This document shows positions 43,353-52,884 of a DNA stretch of 64,000 bases, in pieces (positions within the stretch are counted from its first letter, which is position 1; every line of letters begins with the position of its first letter). Source of the stretch: a virus (Duplodnaviria; Caudoviricetes); the IMG/VR virus record IMGVR_UViG_3300020050_014713, positions 1 to 64,000 of that record; one strand, 5' to 3'. The notes beneath the pieces were generated by a model. That model was given only the letters and a program-made list of their open reading frames with translations. It had not been told where the DNA came from and ran no database searches. Both the position numbers and the translations under genes were made by a program.

Positions 43353-43733
43353 TTATACCGATTGTGTTTTAGAATCTGAGAATTGTTTTAGATTTAGTTC
43401 GCCGTCACGCAGCCTTCTACTAGTAATAAACTTAACCAAGGAATTTTCTACAGAAGCAATAAACTCATAGTCTCCAATAACGCACAAGTATTTGTTATTG
43501 GTTAGATGTTCAAATACAGTTTCTTTAATACGCCCAGTTGCAATGTAGCGTCCAATAGCTCGGTTAAAATTGTCATGGGTGTGACAAAAGGCTACTCCAA
43601 GTTTAATAACACAAAAACTACCGCTTTTATCAAATTCAACAGGCTGTGTTTTATCAAATACATAAGTTGCACCTCCGCTATTATGAGGAAGTCCATTCTT
43701 AAATAGTCGGTCGTGAACAATGGTTAGTTTCAT
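43353..43733 (-). CDS. hypothetical protein
   Basis: GVAFCH..DNFNRAIGR pattern. Confidence 0.65.
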   Translation of the reverse strand: MKLTIVHDRLFKNGLPHNSGGATYVFDKTQPVEFDKSGSFCVIKLGVAFCHTHDNFNRAIGRYIATGRIKETVFEHLTNNKYLCVIGDYEFIASVENSLVKFITSRRLRDGELNLKQFSDSKTQSV

Positions 43734-44233
43734 TATTTTTCCTTTAGAATGTAAACGTAAATATCGGTATCCACAAATACTTTGTTAACGATATTTTCTA
43801 TGATATCCCAGTCTCCACCACCTAGACCGCTACCAATCTTTGGAATTCCAATTTTACGTTTTCCAAATTCACTTTTTAGTGACTTCATCCCTTTTTCAAT
43901 TGCTTCGTAGGAACAGTAGATTTTACCGTCAGTTCCGTAATCTTCTTGAGTAAACATATTTACAACTATGCCATCTTTAGTATCAACGCTAAGTATCTTG
44001 CCAAGTAGGTTATCGGGTGGAAGGAAGGCATTGTGTACGCTTACGTATTCTCGGTAGCTGTCTCTTACTATTGCATAGCGGCGTGCAATCTGTTTAGCAA
44101 TGCCACTTCCAAAGCCATTTACACAGTTGCATCCATGCGCAATTACATCTACGTCTTTATTTTTTAGAGCGTCTAAAAGATTACCTTCTACATACTTAAT
44201 CATAATTAAATACCACAAACTCCATTTAAACAC
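43733..44233 (-). CDS. macrodomain protein (TARG1/Poa1-like ADP-ribose processing)
   Basis: YVEGNLL, IAHGCNC..GFGSGIA, NMFTQ, PKIGSGLGGGDW. Confidence 0.88.
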   Translation of the reverse strand: MFKWSLWYLIMIKYVEGNLLDALKNKDVDVIAHGCNCVNGFGSGIAKQIARRYAIVRDSYREYVSVHNAFLPPDNLLGKILSVDTKDGIVVNMFTQEDYGTDGKIYCSYEAIEKGMKSLKSEFGKRKIGIPKIGSGLGGGDWDIIENIVNKVFVDTDIYVYILKEK

Positions 44234-45825
44234 TCTTTCTCTTTTTCCTCAAAAACAACCCCTTCATTCTTTAAAGCTTCTTCGAGAGAAACTTTTGTTA
44301 AAGGCTGACCTCCCCTGCATCCATCCGGATACATAGTAAATCCGCGAAGACGTTTTGCGTATTTGAGTAGTATCTTAGAATTCTCTTTCATAGTTTTTTC
44401 GTTGTTGTTTTCAGTTCCCCAGGCATCAATATTACAAGTAGAACTAATTGCCATATCTACATAATTCTGCACATCGGCTTGAAACTTTACTCGTTGTTTA
44501 AATGATAAATCATATGAATCTTGGATATTTTCAATTTTAACGCCAGCTTCTAATAGGCGTTTTACAGAACCGTCAACAACGTATTGATAGTGCCATTTAT
44601 TATCTTTAAAATAGCGGCGTTTATATGCTTTGCAAAATAGAGGTTCAATTCCGGTAGTAGTCTCTGCTAAAATTCCAATGGTTCCTGTTGGAGCAATAGC
44701 CCTAACTCCTTTTGGAATGGAAACTCCGAGAGTTCTGGCAGTAACGAATGCCGTACTATCCGACTCCTGTTCCCACACTGAAAGCCATTTATGTAGTTCT
44801 GGGGTTACTTCATAAGGCATTCCTCGCATCATTAACCATTCGTGAATACCTCCTAAACCTAGTCCAATGCGGTTATTTTTATTACCCACTTCTTTAATTT
44901 TTTCGGTAGGTACGTCGGAGTACATCCCTCCACACATTAGCAACATTGTTCCGTACTTTGTAACATGTCTAAGTTCTTTAGTGTCTTTAATTCTGTTAAG
45001 CCAAACAGTGCCTAAGTTACACTTGTCACTATCATCTTCGCTGGTCACTTCCGTACAAGCGTTTCGCAACGTCTCGTTATCTTTACGAAAATTAAAACTA
45101 AATCCTGGTTCAGCAGTTGAGAATGCCTGAAGGCAGTTAAGATTCCAAACTTTTAATGCGTGCTCATGAAGTTCGTGATTTTTATTTTCAATAGCAATAA
45201 AAAATTCAGTATCGTAGTTAACAGAAATGTTAGTAAGTTCCATGGGCATTGGAAAATTAATATCTTTTTCTTTTAGAGCTTTGAGTTCTGGAGAATGATT
45301 TTTAAGATTTAGAAATTTAAATACATCATCATGTTTCCAATTTAGTGATGCGTAAATTGCACTGCGTCGCTGACCACCTTGCATAATATATCGCCCAGCT
45401 TCGTTAATCATATTAATTAGTGCAATTGGACCCGTACTAGTCCCACCGGTTTTTACAATTTTAGCGCCCTCAGGACGAAGCATACTATAGTCAAAGCCAA
45501 TCCCGCCGCCGGTCATAAGAGCCATCGTAGCCTTAAATACAGCATCTGCCCAAGCTTCTCGACTATCTTCTGCTCTAAACAAAAAACAATTATTTACTTG
45601 GTGAAATGGACGACCAGATGCATATAGATACCTACCGCCGGGGATGAATTGTCGTTTTAGCATAATTTGATAGATGCACTCTTGATCTTCTTTTGAAAGA
45701 ATTTGTCCGCATACAGCAGTTACAACACGACGACAAAGATCCGCCCAAGTTTCAACACCGTCCATTGAATATTTTTGTAGGAAAATATCTTGAGCAAATT
45801 TATTTGAGAAAACATCGTATTTCAT
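44206..45825 (-). CDS. nrdJ: class II (B12-dependent) ribonucleotide reductase, compact
   Basis: FIPGGR, NNCF, RRSA, NACTE, CNLG, IGLG, IAPTGT, TGIEP, C-terminal CxxxxC; no beta subunit in the window. Confidence 0.85.
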   Translation of the reverse strand: MKYDVFSNKFAQDIFLQKYSMDGVETWADLCRRVVTAVCGQILSKEDQECIYQIMLKRQFIPGGRYLYASGRPFHQVNNCFLFRAEDSREAWADAVFKATMALMTGGGIGFDYSMLRPEGAKIVKTGGTSTGPIALINMINEAGRYIMQGGQRRSAIYASLNWKHDDVFKFLNLKNHSPELKALKEKDINFPMPMELTNISVNYDTEFFIAIENKNHELHEHALKVWNLNCLQAFSTAEPGFSFNFRKDNETLRNACTEVTSEDDSDKCNLGTVWLNRIKDTKELRHVTKYGTMLLMCGGMYSDVPTEKIKEVGNKNNRIGLGLGGIHEWLMMRGMPYEVTPELHKWLSVWEQESDSTAFVTARTLGVSIPKGVRAIAPTGTIGILAETTTGIEPLFCKAYKRRYFKDNKWHYQYVVDGSVKRLLEAGVKIENIQDSYDLSFKQRVKFQADVQNYVDMAISSTCNIDAWGTENNNEKTMKENSKILLKYAKRLRGFTMYPDGCRGGQPLTKVSLEEALKNEGVVFEEKEKECLNGVCGI

Positions 45826-45830
45826 ATTTA

Positions 45831-46172
45831 TTATTTTCCTTCAATGTCTTTTAAAGTTCGTTTAGAAATTCCAAGCTTTTGATTCAACCTATCAAGAACC
45901 ATTAGTAGGATGTTGTTAGTGATACCATACCACTCTTGGTCCTTTTCATCCATTTTCTCAATGTTCTCTAGCACCTGGTGAATAATGGACGCAAGACAAG
46001 TAATATGCCGTTTTTCATAGTTGTGTTCTGGATGGAGGCTATTGATTCGGTTATACAACTCTCCGAAAATCATAGCTTCATTCTTAGTCATCTTAACATT
46101 TGGTGATTCAGCAATTTGCTTAAACAATGGTCGTAGGTATAGCTTTTCATCATCGGTAAGAAACAACTTCAT
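45831..46172 (-). CDS. hypothetical protein
   Basis: Coupled. Confidence 0.65.
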   Translation of the reverse strand: MKLFLTDDEKLYLRPLFKQIAESPNVKMTKNEAMIFGELYNRINSLHPEHNYEKRHITCLASIIHQVLENIEKMDEKDQEWYGITNNILLMVLDRLNQKLGISKRTLKDIEGK

Positions 46173-46468
46173 ACTTTTTCCTCGGGAATACGTTTATGCC
46201 TTGTATGTACAAAACCTTTATCAACTAAATCTTGTGCAATGTGAACTAGTACCATGGATGGGTTAAATTGAATGGCTGCCTTGCCATTCTTTTTTACAAC
46301 TTTAAACTGCCCAAGATTTTCAATGTACACCCTACCTTCTCCCTTTTCTAGAAAGTCGTAAAATGATTCAATAAAAATCTGATACATAGTTGCAGCTTGT
46401 TTTTTGGAAATTTTATAGTGCTCTGCAAAACGGTCAACAATAGCAAGAGAATCTGGTCTATCGTACAT
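46169..46468 (-). CDS. divergent HU/IHF-like DNA-binding protein
   Basis: ISKKQAA...F.E...D.L..G..VYI..LG.F.V, I.F.PS. Confidence 0.65.
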   Translation of the reverse strand: MYDRPDSLAIVDRFAEHYKISKKQAATMYQIFIESFYDFLEKGEGRVYIENLGQFKVVKKNGKAAIQFNPSMVLVHIAQDLVDKGFVHTRHKRIPEEKV

Positions 46469-46574
46469 ATAAAACTCCCAAATATAACCAAGGCAACATT
46501 AGTAAAAATAAGACAAATGTTTGAATTACCTTAGTAAAATTAATAGACCCACCTACGAATACCCTCACGCTCAT
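46458..46574 (-). CDS. 38-aa single-TM peptide
   Basis: MSVRVFVGGSINFTKVIQTFVLFLLMLPWLYLGVLYVR; overlaps the endolysin 3' end. Confidence 0.35.
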   Translation of the reverse strand: MSVRVFVGGSINFTKVIQTFVLFLLMLPWLYLGVLYVR

Positions 46575-46983
46575 CAACGTGGAAAAAATTATTGGCAGTT
46601 CCAATAGATGTAAATTCTTTTTCTAGGCACTTTAACAAATCATCCATATCTTTACTGGATTCCACTTTTGAAGGTCTTACATCCAGTGCAATACAGCCAA
46701 CATTTCCCTTACTATCTACGTAATTCATTTGATGGGTACTCTTATTTACGGCTGTTTTAAAGTTAGGGTCGTTTCTCAAGTCTGCTTGCTTTCTTACACA
46801 CCTACAAGCACTTGTAATGGTCAAGGACTTACCAAAATTATCCCGCACCCTTTGGATTTTGTCAACCAAAGTTTTGGATAATGTCTGCTCCTCGCAATCT
46901 GAATAATTACAATGACATGCAAACTCATGAGTACTAAAATTTGCACTTAGTTTGTACCTGTCAGTTTTCTTAAATTTCAACAT
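46540..46983 (-). CDS. peptidase M15 family endolysin
   Basis: NFS.HEFAC.C, ITSA.RC, S.H...ALD, FHVD.R. Confidence 0.88.
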   Translation of the reverse strand: MLKFKKTDRYKLSANFSTHEFACHCNYSDCEEQTLSKTLVDKIQRVRDNFGKSLTITSACRCVRKQADLRNDPNFKTAVNKSTHQMNYVDSKGNVGCIALDVRPSKVESSKDMDDLLKCLEKEFTSIGTANNFFHVDEREGIRRWVY

Positions 46984-46994
46984 AATTTTCTCCG

Positions 46995-47006
46995 TTTCTA
47001 ACTATG
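46995..47006 (+). promoter_or_regulatory. TTTCTAACTATG box (copy 2), upstream of the terminase operon
   Basis: 14-bp identity GTTTCTAACTATGG with the reverse complement of 19715-19728. Confidence 0.6.
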
Positions 47007-47135
47007 GGTAGAGAAATAAGCAAATCCTAATGTGTCTAGTGGCACAACTTATTTAAGAGGCTAACGCTATTTTTCTTTTTTAACCTATAAATCATCCTTG
47101 CTACCCCATTGGGTGCAAGCAAATGAAGGTGCAAC

Positions 47136-47414
47136 ATGAAGAACGTATCACAATGGGTATTTTTTACCCTATTCATTGTATTCTCAACAGCCTTGTTTTT
47201 CAAGCAATCCTTCGTATTTTGTGTGCCTTTGGTAGTAGCCGCGTATCTCTACTTCCACACTTGCAAGCAATTACACTATAGCGCACTAGAAAAAGAATTC
47301 CAAGACCTAAAAGAAAAATTCCTGGGTTTTGAAGATAACACCAAGAAAATTGCTGAGCTAAGCGACAAAATCAACCAAGTTCAGCTAGCTAACGGTATGA
47401 GGAAAATCCGGTGA
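47136..47414 (+). CDS. membrane protein, two TMs plus coiled coil
   Basis: First gene of the plus-strand operon. Confidence 0.65.
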   Translation: MKNVSQWVFFTLFIVFSTALFFKQSFVFCVPLVVAAYLYFHTCKQLHYSALEKEFQDLKEKFLGFEDNTKKIAELSDKINQVQLANGMRKIR

Positions 47415-47791
47415 TAGATTTTACACAGTATAAAACTCGTAAAGAACTTGAAAGCTTTTGCGAAGCTTTGTTTTTACAAGTTTCAGTGCTGAAAAAAGAT
47501 AACTCAAGCCTATCCGACCAGGTACAGCACGCAGAACACCTACTTAAAACAAGTAATGTTCCATCGGTTGGCGCTGAACCATGTACCACAGAAAAACTAA
47601 TCCTACGAGAATTAGATAGGCTAGACCAAAGTAGCAAGTTGGCTTCCCTCGAAACTGAGGAAATTAAGAACTTAAAGATGCTTGTAGAAGCTCTAATTAC
47701 TCTACGTAAGAAAGAACCTCTAAAAGAATCAAAGCCAATAAAGAAAAAAATTGATGCTCAAGAGCTTTTATCCATTGTAAGAGATAAATGA
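47411..47791 (+). CDS. candidate terminase small subunit
   Basis: Position and overlap directly before terL; helical. Confidence 0.45.
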   Translation: MIDFTQYKTRKELESFCEALFLQVSVLKKDNSSLSDQVQHAEHLLKTSNVPSVGAEPCTTEKLILRELDRLDQSSKLASLETEEIKNLKMLVEALITLRKKEPLKESKPIKKKIDAQELLSIVRDK

Positions 47792-49242
47792 CTCGAATAA
47801 CTAAACAAGAAGCTATTCAGGAACTTTGGGAAAACGGAATCGTTTGCGATTGGCTATTAGATGACAACCAAAAAGACGTTGTCACCATGATTGAAACCAA
47901 TAGAGCTTCTCAAATCTGCGTTTCCTTAAGTCGTCAGTCCGGTAAATCATTTGGTACACTTGCGTATCTAGTAGAAAAGTGTATGCAAACTCCAAATATC
48001 ATTGCAACATTCGTAGCCCCGTACCAGTCACAAGCTAAAAAAATTGCTAAGACTACTATGCGGGAAATATTATCTACTTGCCCAGAGCATCTTCGTCCAG
48101 AATATAAAACTCAGGAAAACCATTTTCTATTTTCGAATGGGAGCGTTATTGAGTTGTGCGGAAACAATGCTGGACACATTGAAAAAGCCAGGGGACCTAA
48201 AGCTCATATTATTGTTTGCGATGAGGTAGGCTTCTGGGTAGATCTAAAGTACAGCATTAAATCTGTTCTCTTACCTAAGTTAAACACTACTAAAGGTAAG
48301 CTGATAATGATTTCTACCCCTCCTGCATCTGCTGGACACCCGTTCCAAGAGTTTTTCGAAACTGCTAAGTTTAGAGAAGCTGCAATTGTTAGAACAATTT
48401 TTGATTGCCCCAGATATACAAAAGAAGATATTGATAAGTTTGCCGAGGAGTGTGGAGGATACGACAGTATTGACTTTAGAAGAGAGTACGGATGCGAGTT
48501 CGTAACGGATACCTCTCGTGCAGTTATTCCAGAAGCTACTAGCGAACTTTTAGAAGAAATAACAAAAGACTGGGAACGCCCTCCATACTACAATACCTAT
48601 GTTTCAATGGACATTGGTTTTAAAGACTTAACTGTTATTCTTTTTGCCTACCACGATTTCCGTTCTGGAAAAGTAATTATTGAAGACGAAATAGTATTGG
48701 ATACTCCTGAGAAACTTCGTACAGATAGCTTTGCCTACGCTATTTACGACAAAGAACAAGCTCTTTGGGGCGGTATAGACGGCGAACACCATGAACCATA
48801 CAAAAGGGTATCGGATATTAACCACATCCTATTAAACGATCTATACCTTGCTCACAACCTTAGTATTATTCCCACAGCTAAAGATGACCTCGATGGACAA
48901 ATCAACAATACTCGCCTAATGGTTGGCGGCGGAAAAGTCATAATTAATCCAAGATGTAAAACTCTTATCTTCCACCTTAAGAACGCCATTTGGAAAAACG
49001 AAAAACGCAAAGAGTTTTCTCGTAGTGCTGATGCTGGTCACTATGATGCTCTAAGCGCACTCATCTACCTACTAAGAAACGTTGACTACCATAAAAACCC
49101 ATATCCTGAAAAGTTTGATCTTCGACTAGAAAAAGAATCGTTTATATCTCCACATTGGAAACCTAAAACCGACGACATTAAAAAAACTTTAAGAGAAATC
49201 TTTACAATTAATAAAGACAAGAAAAAAGTGAGAATGAGATGA
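47788..49242 (+). CDS. terL: terminase large subunit
   Basis: SRQSGKS, IIVCDE, ISTP, FRREY.CEF, nuclease SMDIG and HYDA. Confidence 0.95.
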   Translation: MTRITKQEAIQELWENGIVCDWLLDDNQKDVVTMIETNRASQICVSLSRQSGKSFGTLAYLVEKCMQTPNIIATFVAPYQSQAKKIAKTTMREILSTCPEHLRPEYKTQENHFLFSNGSVIELCGNNAGHIEKARGPKAHIIVCDEVGFWVDLKYSIKSVLLPKLNTTKGKLIMISTPPASAGHPFQEFFETAKFREAAIVRTIFDCPRYTKEDIDKFAEECGGYDSIDFRREYGCEFVTDTSRAVIPEATSELLEEITKDWERPPYYNTYVSMDIGFKDLTVILFAYHDFRSGKVIIEDEIVLDTPEKLRTDSFAYAIYDKEQALWGGIDGEHHEPYKRVSDINHILLNDLYLAHNLSIIPTAKDDLDGQINNTRLMVGGGKVIINPRCKTLIFHLKNAIWKNEKRKEFSRSADAGHYDALSALIYLLRNVDYHKNPYPEKFDLRLEKESFISPHWKPKTDDIKKTLREIFTINKDKKKVRMR

Positions 49243-51242
49243 GTAACAATACCTACTTTGCAGCACAAGAAAAAGAAAAGCTTGCCTCTACGCTAATTGC
49301 TAAAAAGAATAAGTTTTACGAAAGTCTTATGGCAAGTGGCTATGTAGAGAAAATTAACCGTTTGTACGCCATGTACCACGGCATGGATTTTTACGAAAGC
49401 GTTTCCGGTCACGACATTAAGTTTGAAGGGGAGCAAGGAGAGCTTGTTTCAATGAACGTAAACCATTTACGTAACATTGCTTCAAACATGCATACGCTCA
49501 TCACTTCTACCCGTCCAGTAATGGAAACTAGGGCTATTAACACCGATTATAAGTCCAGGGTACAGACCAAGCTTGCTAATGGTCTATTGGACTATTATAT
49601 GCGTGAAAAACGCCTAGAGTGGATTTTACGCCGTGCTTGCGAATACGCCATTGTTCTTAGTAGTGGGTGGGTACGAATGGAGTGGGACGCCACTGCTGGG
49701 GAAGAGATTGATACTGATGAGGAAACTGGAATCAAGGTTTATGAAGGGGATGTAAGAATTGAGGTTCTATCTCCATTTGATATTTTTTTTGACGCCTGTA
49801 GAGAAGATCAAGACCATGATTGGTACGTTGTCACCAGTTATAAAAATAAATACGACTTAGCCAGTAAGTATACAGAGTACGCAGATAAAATCAGAGACTT
49901 ACCCACTAAAGACAAGCTTGAGTATAAAGGCGGGGTAAATTTTGGTGTAGATGAAACCACTCTAATTCCTGTATTTGAATTTTTTCACAGAAAAACTGAT
50001 AGCCTTCCAGAAGGTCGCTACCTAATGTTCCTATCTACCGATATTGCACCAATAGACATGCCTTTGCAATATCCTATGATTCCTCTATTTAGGATTTCTG
50101 CTGGGGATATCTTAGGAACTCCATTTGGCTACACTCCTTTGTTTGACCTAATGGCGCTTCAAGAAGCTGCCTCAATGCTATACAGCGTTATTCTAACTAA
50201 CCAACAGGCTTTTGGTGTTCAGAATATTTGGGTTCCATCCGGAGCAGGAATTTCTATTGAAAGCTTAGCTGGTGGACTAAACATTATTGAAAGTAATGCA
50301 TCTGCTGGAAAACCTGAAGCTCTTAACTTTACTAATACCCCAAAAGAGATTTTTGAATATCTACAGTTTCTAATTCAATCAATGGAAACTATCTCTGGTA
50401 TTAACAGCGTTGTGCGCGGTAATCCTGAAGCTAGCTTACGCTCTGCTTCCGCTTTGGCGCTTGTGCAATCCAATAGTATCCAGTTTATGAGTGGTCTAGC
50501 TGCTCAATATAACCAGCTTATTGAAGATGTTGGAACTGGTCTATTTAGAATTCTAAAGCTTTACGCAAAGACCAAACGTGTAGCATCCATTGTTGGAGTA
50601 AATAATAGGTCCTACCTAAAAGAATTTAACAATGACGATTTGAGTAACATTAATAGGGTTATTGTTTCTGCGGGTAACCCTTTGCAAAAAACTTCAGCCG
50701 GTCGTCAACAAATGGCAAGTGAGCTAGTTCAATATACTGAACTCACTCCACGTCAGTATTTGACCGTATTGGAAACAGGAACATTAGATAGCGTAACTGA
50801 GGGAGCAATGAAAGATGAAAATCTAATTGTTTCTGAAAACGAAATGCTACTAGATGGTAAAACTCCAGTAGTTGATGTTCTTGATAAACATAGCATTCAC
50901 ATTATGCGCCACAGAGAGGTAATTTCTGATGCCAGTTTACGTGAAAATCCAGAGTTAGTAAAAGCTGTTCACGAGCATATTCAAATGCATATTGACCAGT
51001 TGCGTACAGCAGATCCTACTTTCTTGGCTATGATGGGGGAACAATCACTGGCTCCTCAACCCATGCCTAATACAGGTCAGAATTTGCCTCCAATGGGTCA
51101 GGGGGATGCTTCTGCTGGTGCCCCTATGCCTAGCGCCCCAATGCCTCCAGAACAGGCTAATACAGGGCTTCCTAGCCCTCCACAGGGATTTGAGAATCAG
51201 CCCATTAATGCTGAACAGTTACAACAAAAAATTACAGGTTAA
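49239..51242 (+). CDS. portal protein
   Basis: 667 aa after terL; ISGINSVVRG, Pro/Gln-rich tail. Confidence 0.85.
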   Translation: MSNNTYFAAQEKEKLASTLIAKKNKFYESLMASGYVEKINRLYAMYHGMDFYESVSGHDIKFEGEQGELVSMNVNHLRNIASNMHTLITSTRPVMETRAINTDYKSRVQTKLANGLLDYYMREKRLEWILRRACEYAIVLSSGWVRMEWDATAGEEIDTDEETGIKVYEGDVRIEVLSPFDIFFDACREDQDHDWYVVTSYKNKYDLASKYTEYADKIRDLPTKDKLEYKGGVNFGVDETTLIPVFEFFHRKTDSLPEGRYLMFLSTDIAPIDMPLQYPMIPLFRISAGDILGTPFGYTPLFDLMALQEAASMLYSVILTNQQAFGVQNIWVPSGAGISIESLAGGLNIIESNASAGKPEALNFTNTPKEIFEYLQFLIQSMETISGINSVVRGNPEASLRSASALALVQSNSIQFMSGLAAQYNQLIEDVGTGLFRILKLYAKTKRVASIVGVNNRSYLKEFNNDDLSNINRVIVSAGNPLQKTSAGRQQMASELVQYTELTPRQYLTVLETGTLDSVTEGAMKDENLIVSENEMLLDGKTPVVDVLDKHSIHIMRHREVISDASLRENPELVKAVHEHIQMHIDQLRTADPTFLAMMGEQSLAPQPMPNTGQNLPPMGQGDASAGAPMPSAPMPPEQANTGLPSPPQGFENQPINAEQLQQKITG

Positions 51243-51280
51243 CCTATACCCATAATGGATTAGGTATTTAAGGAGAAGAT

Positions 51281-52258
51281 ATGTCCGACGTAAAAACAGA
51301 TGCACCCGTAGAGAATCAAGTAGAAGAAGTTAGCGAGGAGAATCTAACAGAAGAGGAACTTGCTGCCTTGGAAGCTGAAGAAGGCGAAGAAAAAGCTAAA
51401 GAAGAACCAAAAGACAAGGAAGCCGCAAAACCTACCTCTGTCAAAAAATTTAAACTTAAAGTTGATGGCAAAGAAGAGGAGGAAGAAATTGATCTTGCAA
51501 ACGAAGCTGAGCTAGTAAAACGTTTACAGCTAGCCAAAGTAGCTCAAAAACGAATGCAAGAAAGTGCTGCAGATAAAAAAACTGTAGCCAAAATGAACGA
51601 AGAACTAAAAGAATTTGTAATTGCATTGAAAGAAGATCCATTTAGTGTTCTTTCTGATCCACGATTTGGATTGGATCTTAAAAAGCTAGCTTATGACTAT
51701 GTTGCAAAAGAAGTTGAACAAGCTACAAAAACTCCAGAACAGCGTGAAGCTGAGGCAAAAGAAGCTAAAGCAAAAGAACTTGAAGAAAAACTAGCTAAAC
51801 TAGAAAAAGAAAAAGTTGAAGCTGAGAAAAAATCAATTCAAGAGAAGTATGAGCAAGAACTTCAAAAGGGAATTATTGAATCCATTAAGGAAAGTGGATT
51901 ACCAGAAGACGAACCTGAAGTTCTAAAACGTTATGCTCAAGCTATGAAAATTGGCTTGAAGTTTAAAATGGAACTAAATCCAAAAGAACTTGGTCCCATT
52001 ATCAAACAACAACTCTATCAAGAATCTAAGAAGTTTGCTTCTTTCTTGAAAGATGAAGAGTTTGAAGAGTTTGCTGGAGTAGACCGCATTAAAAACGTCC
52101 GTAAAAAGATGTTAGATAAAATTAAAACTAACGTAACTTCTAGTAAGCAAATAAAAGACACTGGTTCTGAAAAAGATGAAGACAGTCTCAATAGGGACAA
52201 AAAGAAATATGTCCGTAATAGCAAGAGTTTCTGGAAAGATTTAGAAAAAGGAAGCTAG
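51281..52258 (+). CDS. capsid scaffolding protein
   Basis: Acidic coiled coil, KLKVDGKEEE; between portal and capsid. Confidence 0.75.
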   Translation: MSDVKTDAPVENQVEEVSEENLTEEELAALEAEEGEEKAKEEPKDKEAAKPTSVKKFKLKVDGKEEEEEIDLANEAELVKRLQLAKVAQKRMQESAADKKTVAKMNEELKEFVIALKEDPFSVLSDPRFGLDLKKLAYDYVAKEVEQATKTPEQREAEAKEAKAKELEEKLAKLEKEKVEAEKKSIQEKYEQELQKGIIESIKESGLPEDEPEVLKRYAQAMKIGLKFKMELNPKELGPIIKQQLYQESKKFASFLKDEEFEEFAGVDRIKNVRKKMLDKIKTNVTSSKQIKDTGSEKDEDSLNRDKKKYVRNSKSFWKDLEKGS

Positions 52259-52312
52259 TAACCTATTGAAATTACATGATGTAGCATAAAAATGATAGAA
52301 AGTAAAAACGAT

Positions 52313-52324
52313 TTTCTAACTATG
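52313..52324 (+). promoter_or_regulatory. TTTCTAACTATG box (copy 3), upstream of the capsid operon
   Basis: Exact 12-mer in a 174-nt intergenic gap. Confidence 0.6.
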
Positions 52325-52432
52325 TAGTAAGTAGGTAATTAAAACTGTGATGCAAGCACTCGCCCATTACATAATTTTAACGCTGAAAACTAAAAAACTT
52401 TTAACAAAAACTAAATAATTGAGGTTAATAAA

Positions 52433-52870
52433 ATGGATCGCTTAGAAAAAAATGAATATCTCTATGACCGCTGCCTAAAGGCTGTCTCCTTGCCCTTCCG
52501 CGTGAAGGTTGAAGGTAGCGCCACTCCTGCCAGCAAACTACTCTCCAGCGACTTGCCTGGTGTTTGTTTGATTGGTGCCGAAGGTCTTACCGCTGAAATC
52601 ACCGCTGTTGAATCTGGCTTGAGCTACGCGGCTGTTGATGCCAACGGTACCTACGCTGTTTTCTTGAAAGGTTCAGAACTTGGCGACGTTAAAGAAGTCT
52701 ACTCGGTTTCTTTGATGCGCACTCTAGATGGCGGTACCACTACTGCTGCTCTAGTTTCTAACGGTTTGACTGCTGGCGGCAACATCTTAATTCAAATTGA
52801 TGCCACTGACGCCTTAAACAGCACCGATGATTCTGAACTATATCTTGAAGTAAAATACTGTCTTAAATAA
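52433..52870 (+). CDS. abundant virion protein, candidate capsid decoration
   Basis: Same biased codon usage as the major capsid gene; beta-rich. Confidence 0.55.
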   Translation: MDRLEKNEYLYDRCLKAVSLPFRVKVEGSATPASKLLSSDLPGVCLIGAEGLTAEITAVESGLSYAAVDANGTYAVFLKGSELGDVKEVYSVSLMRTLDGGTTTAALVSNGLTAGGNILIQIDATDALNSTDDSELYLEVKYCLK

Positions 52871-52884
52871 TTAGGAGTTTATAA

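Noticed and set aside
50191-50199. TTCTAACTA core inside the portal gene
   Set aside because: In coding sequence and only 9 bp; likely chance.
47091-52266. TAACCTAT in three late intergenic gaps
   Set aside because: The 8-mer also occurs in unrelated positions (13281, 20817, 22140, 25468); chance is not excluded.
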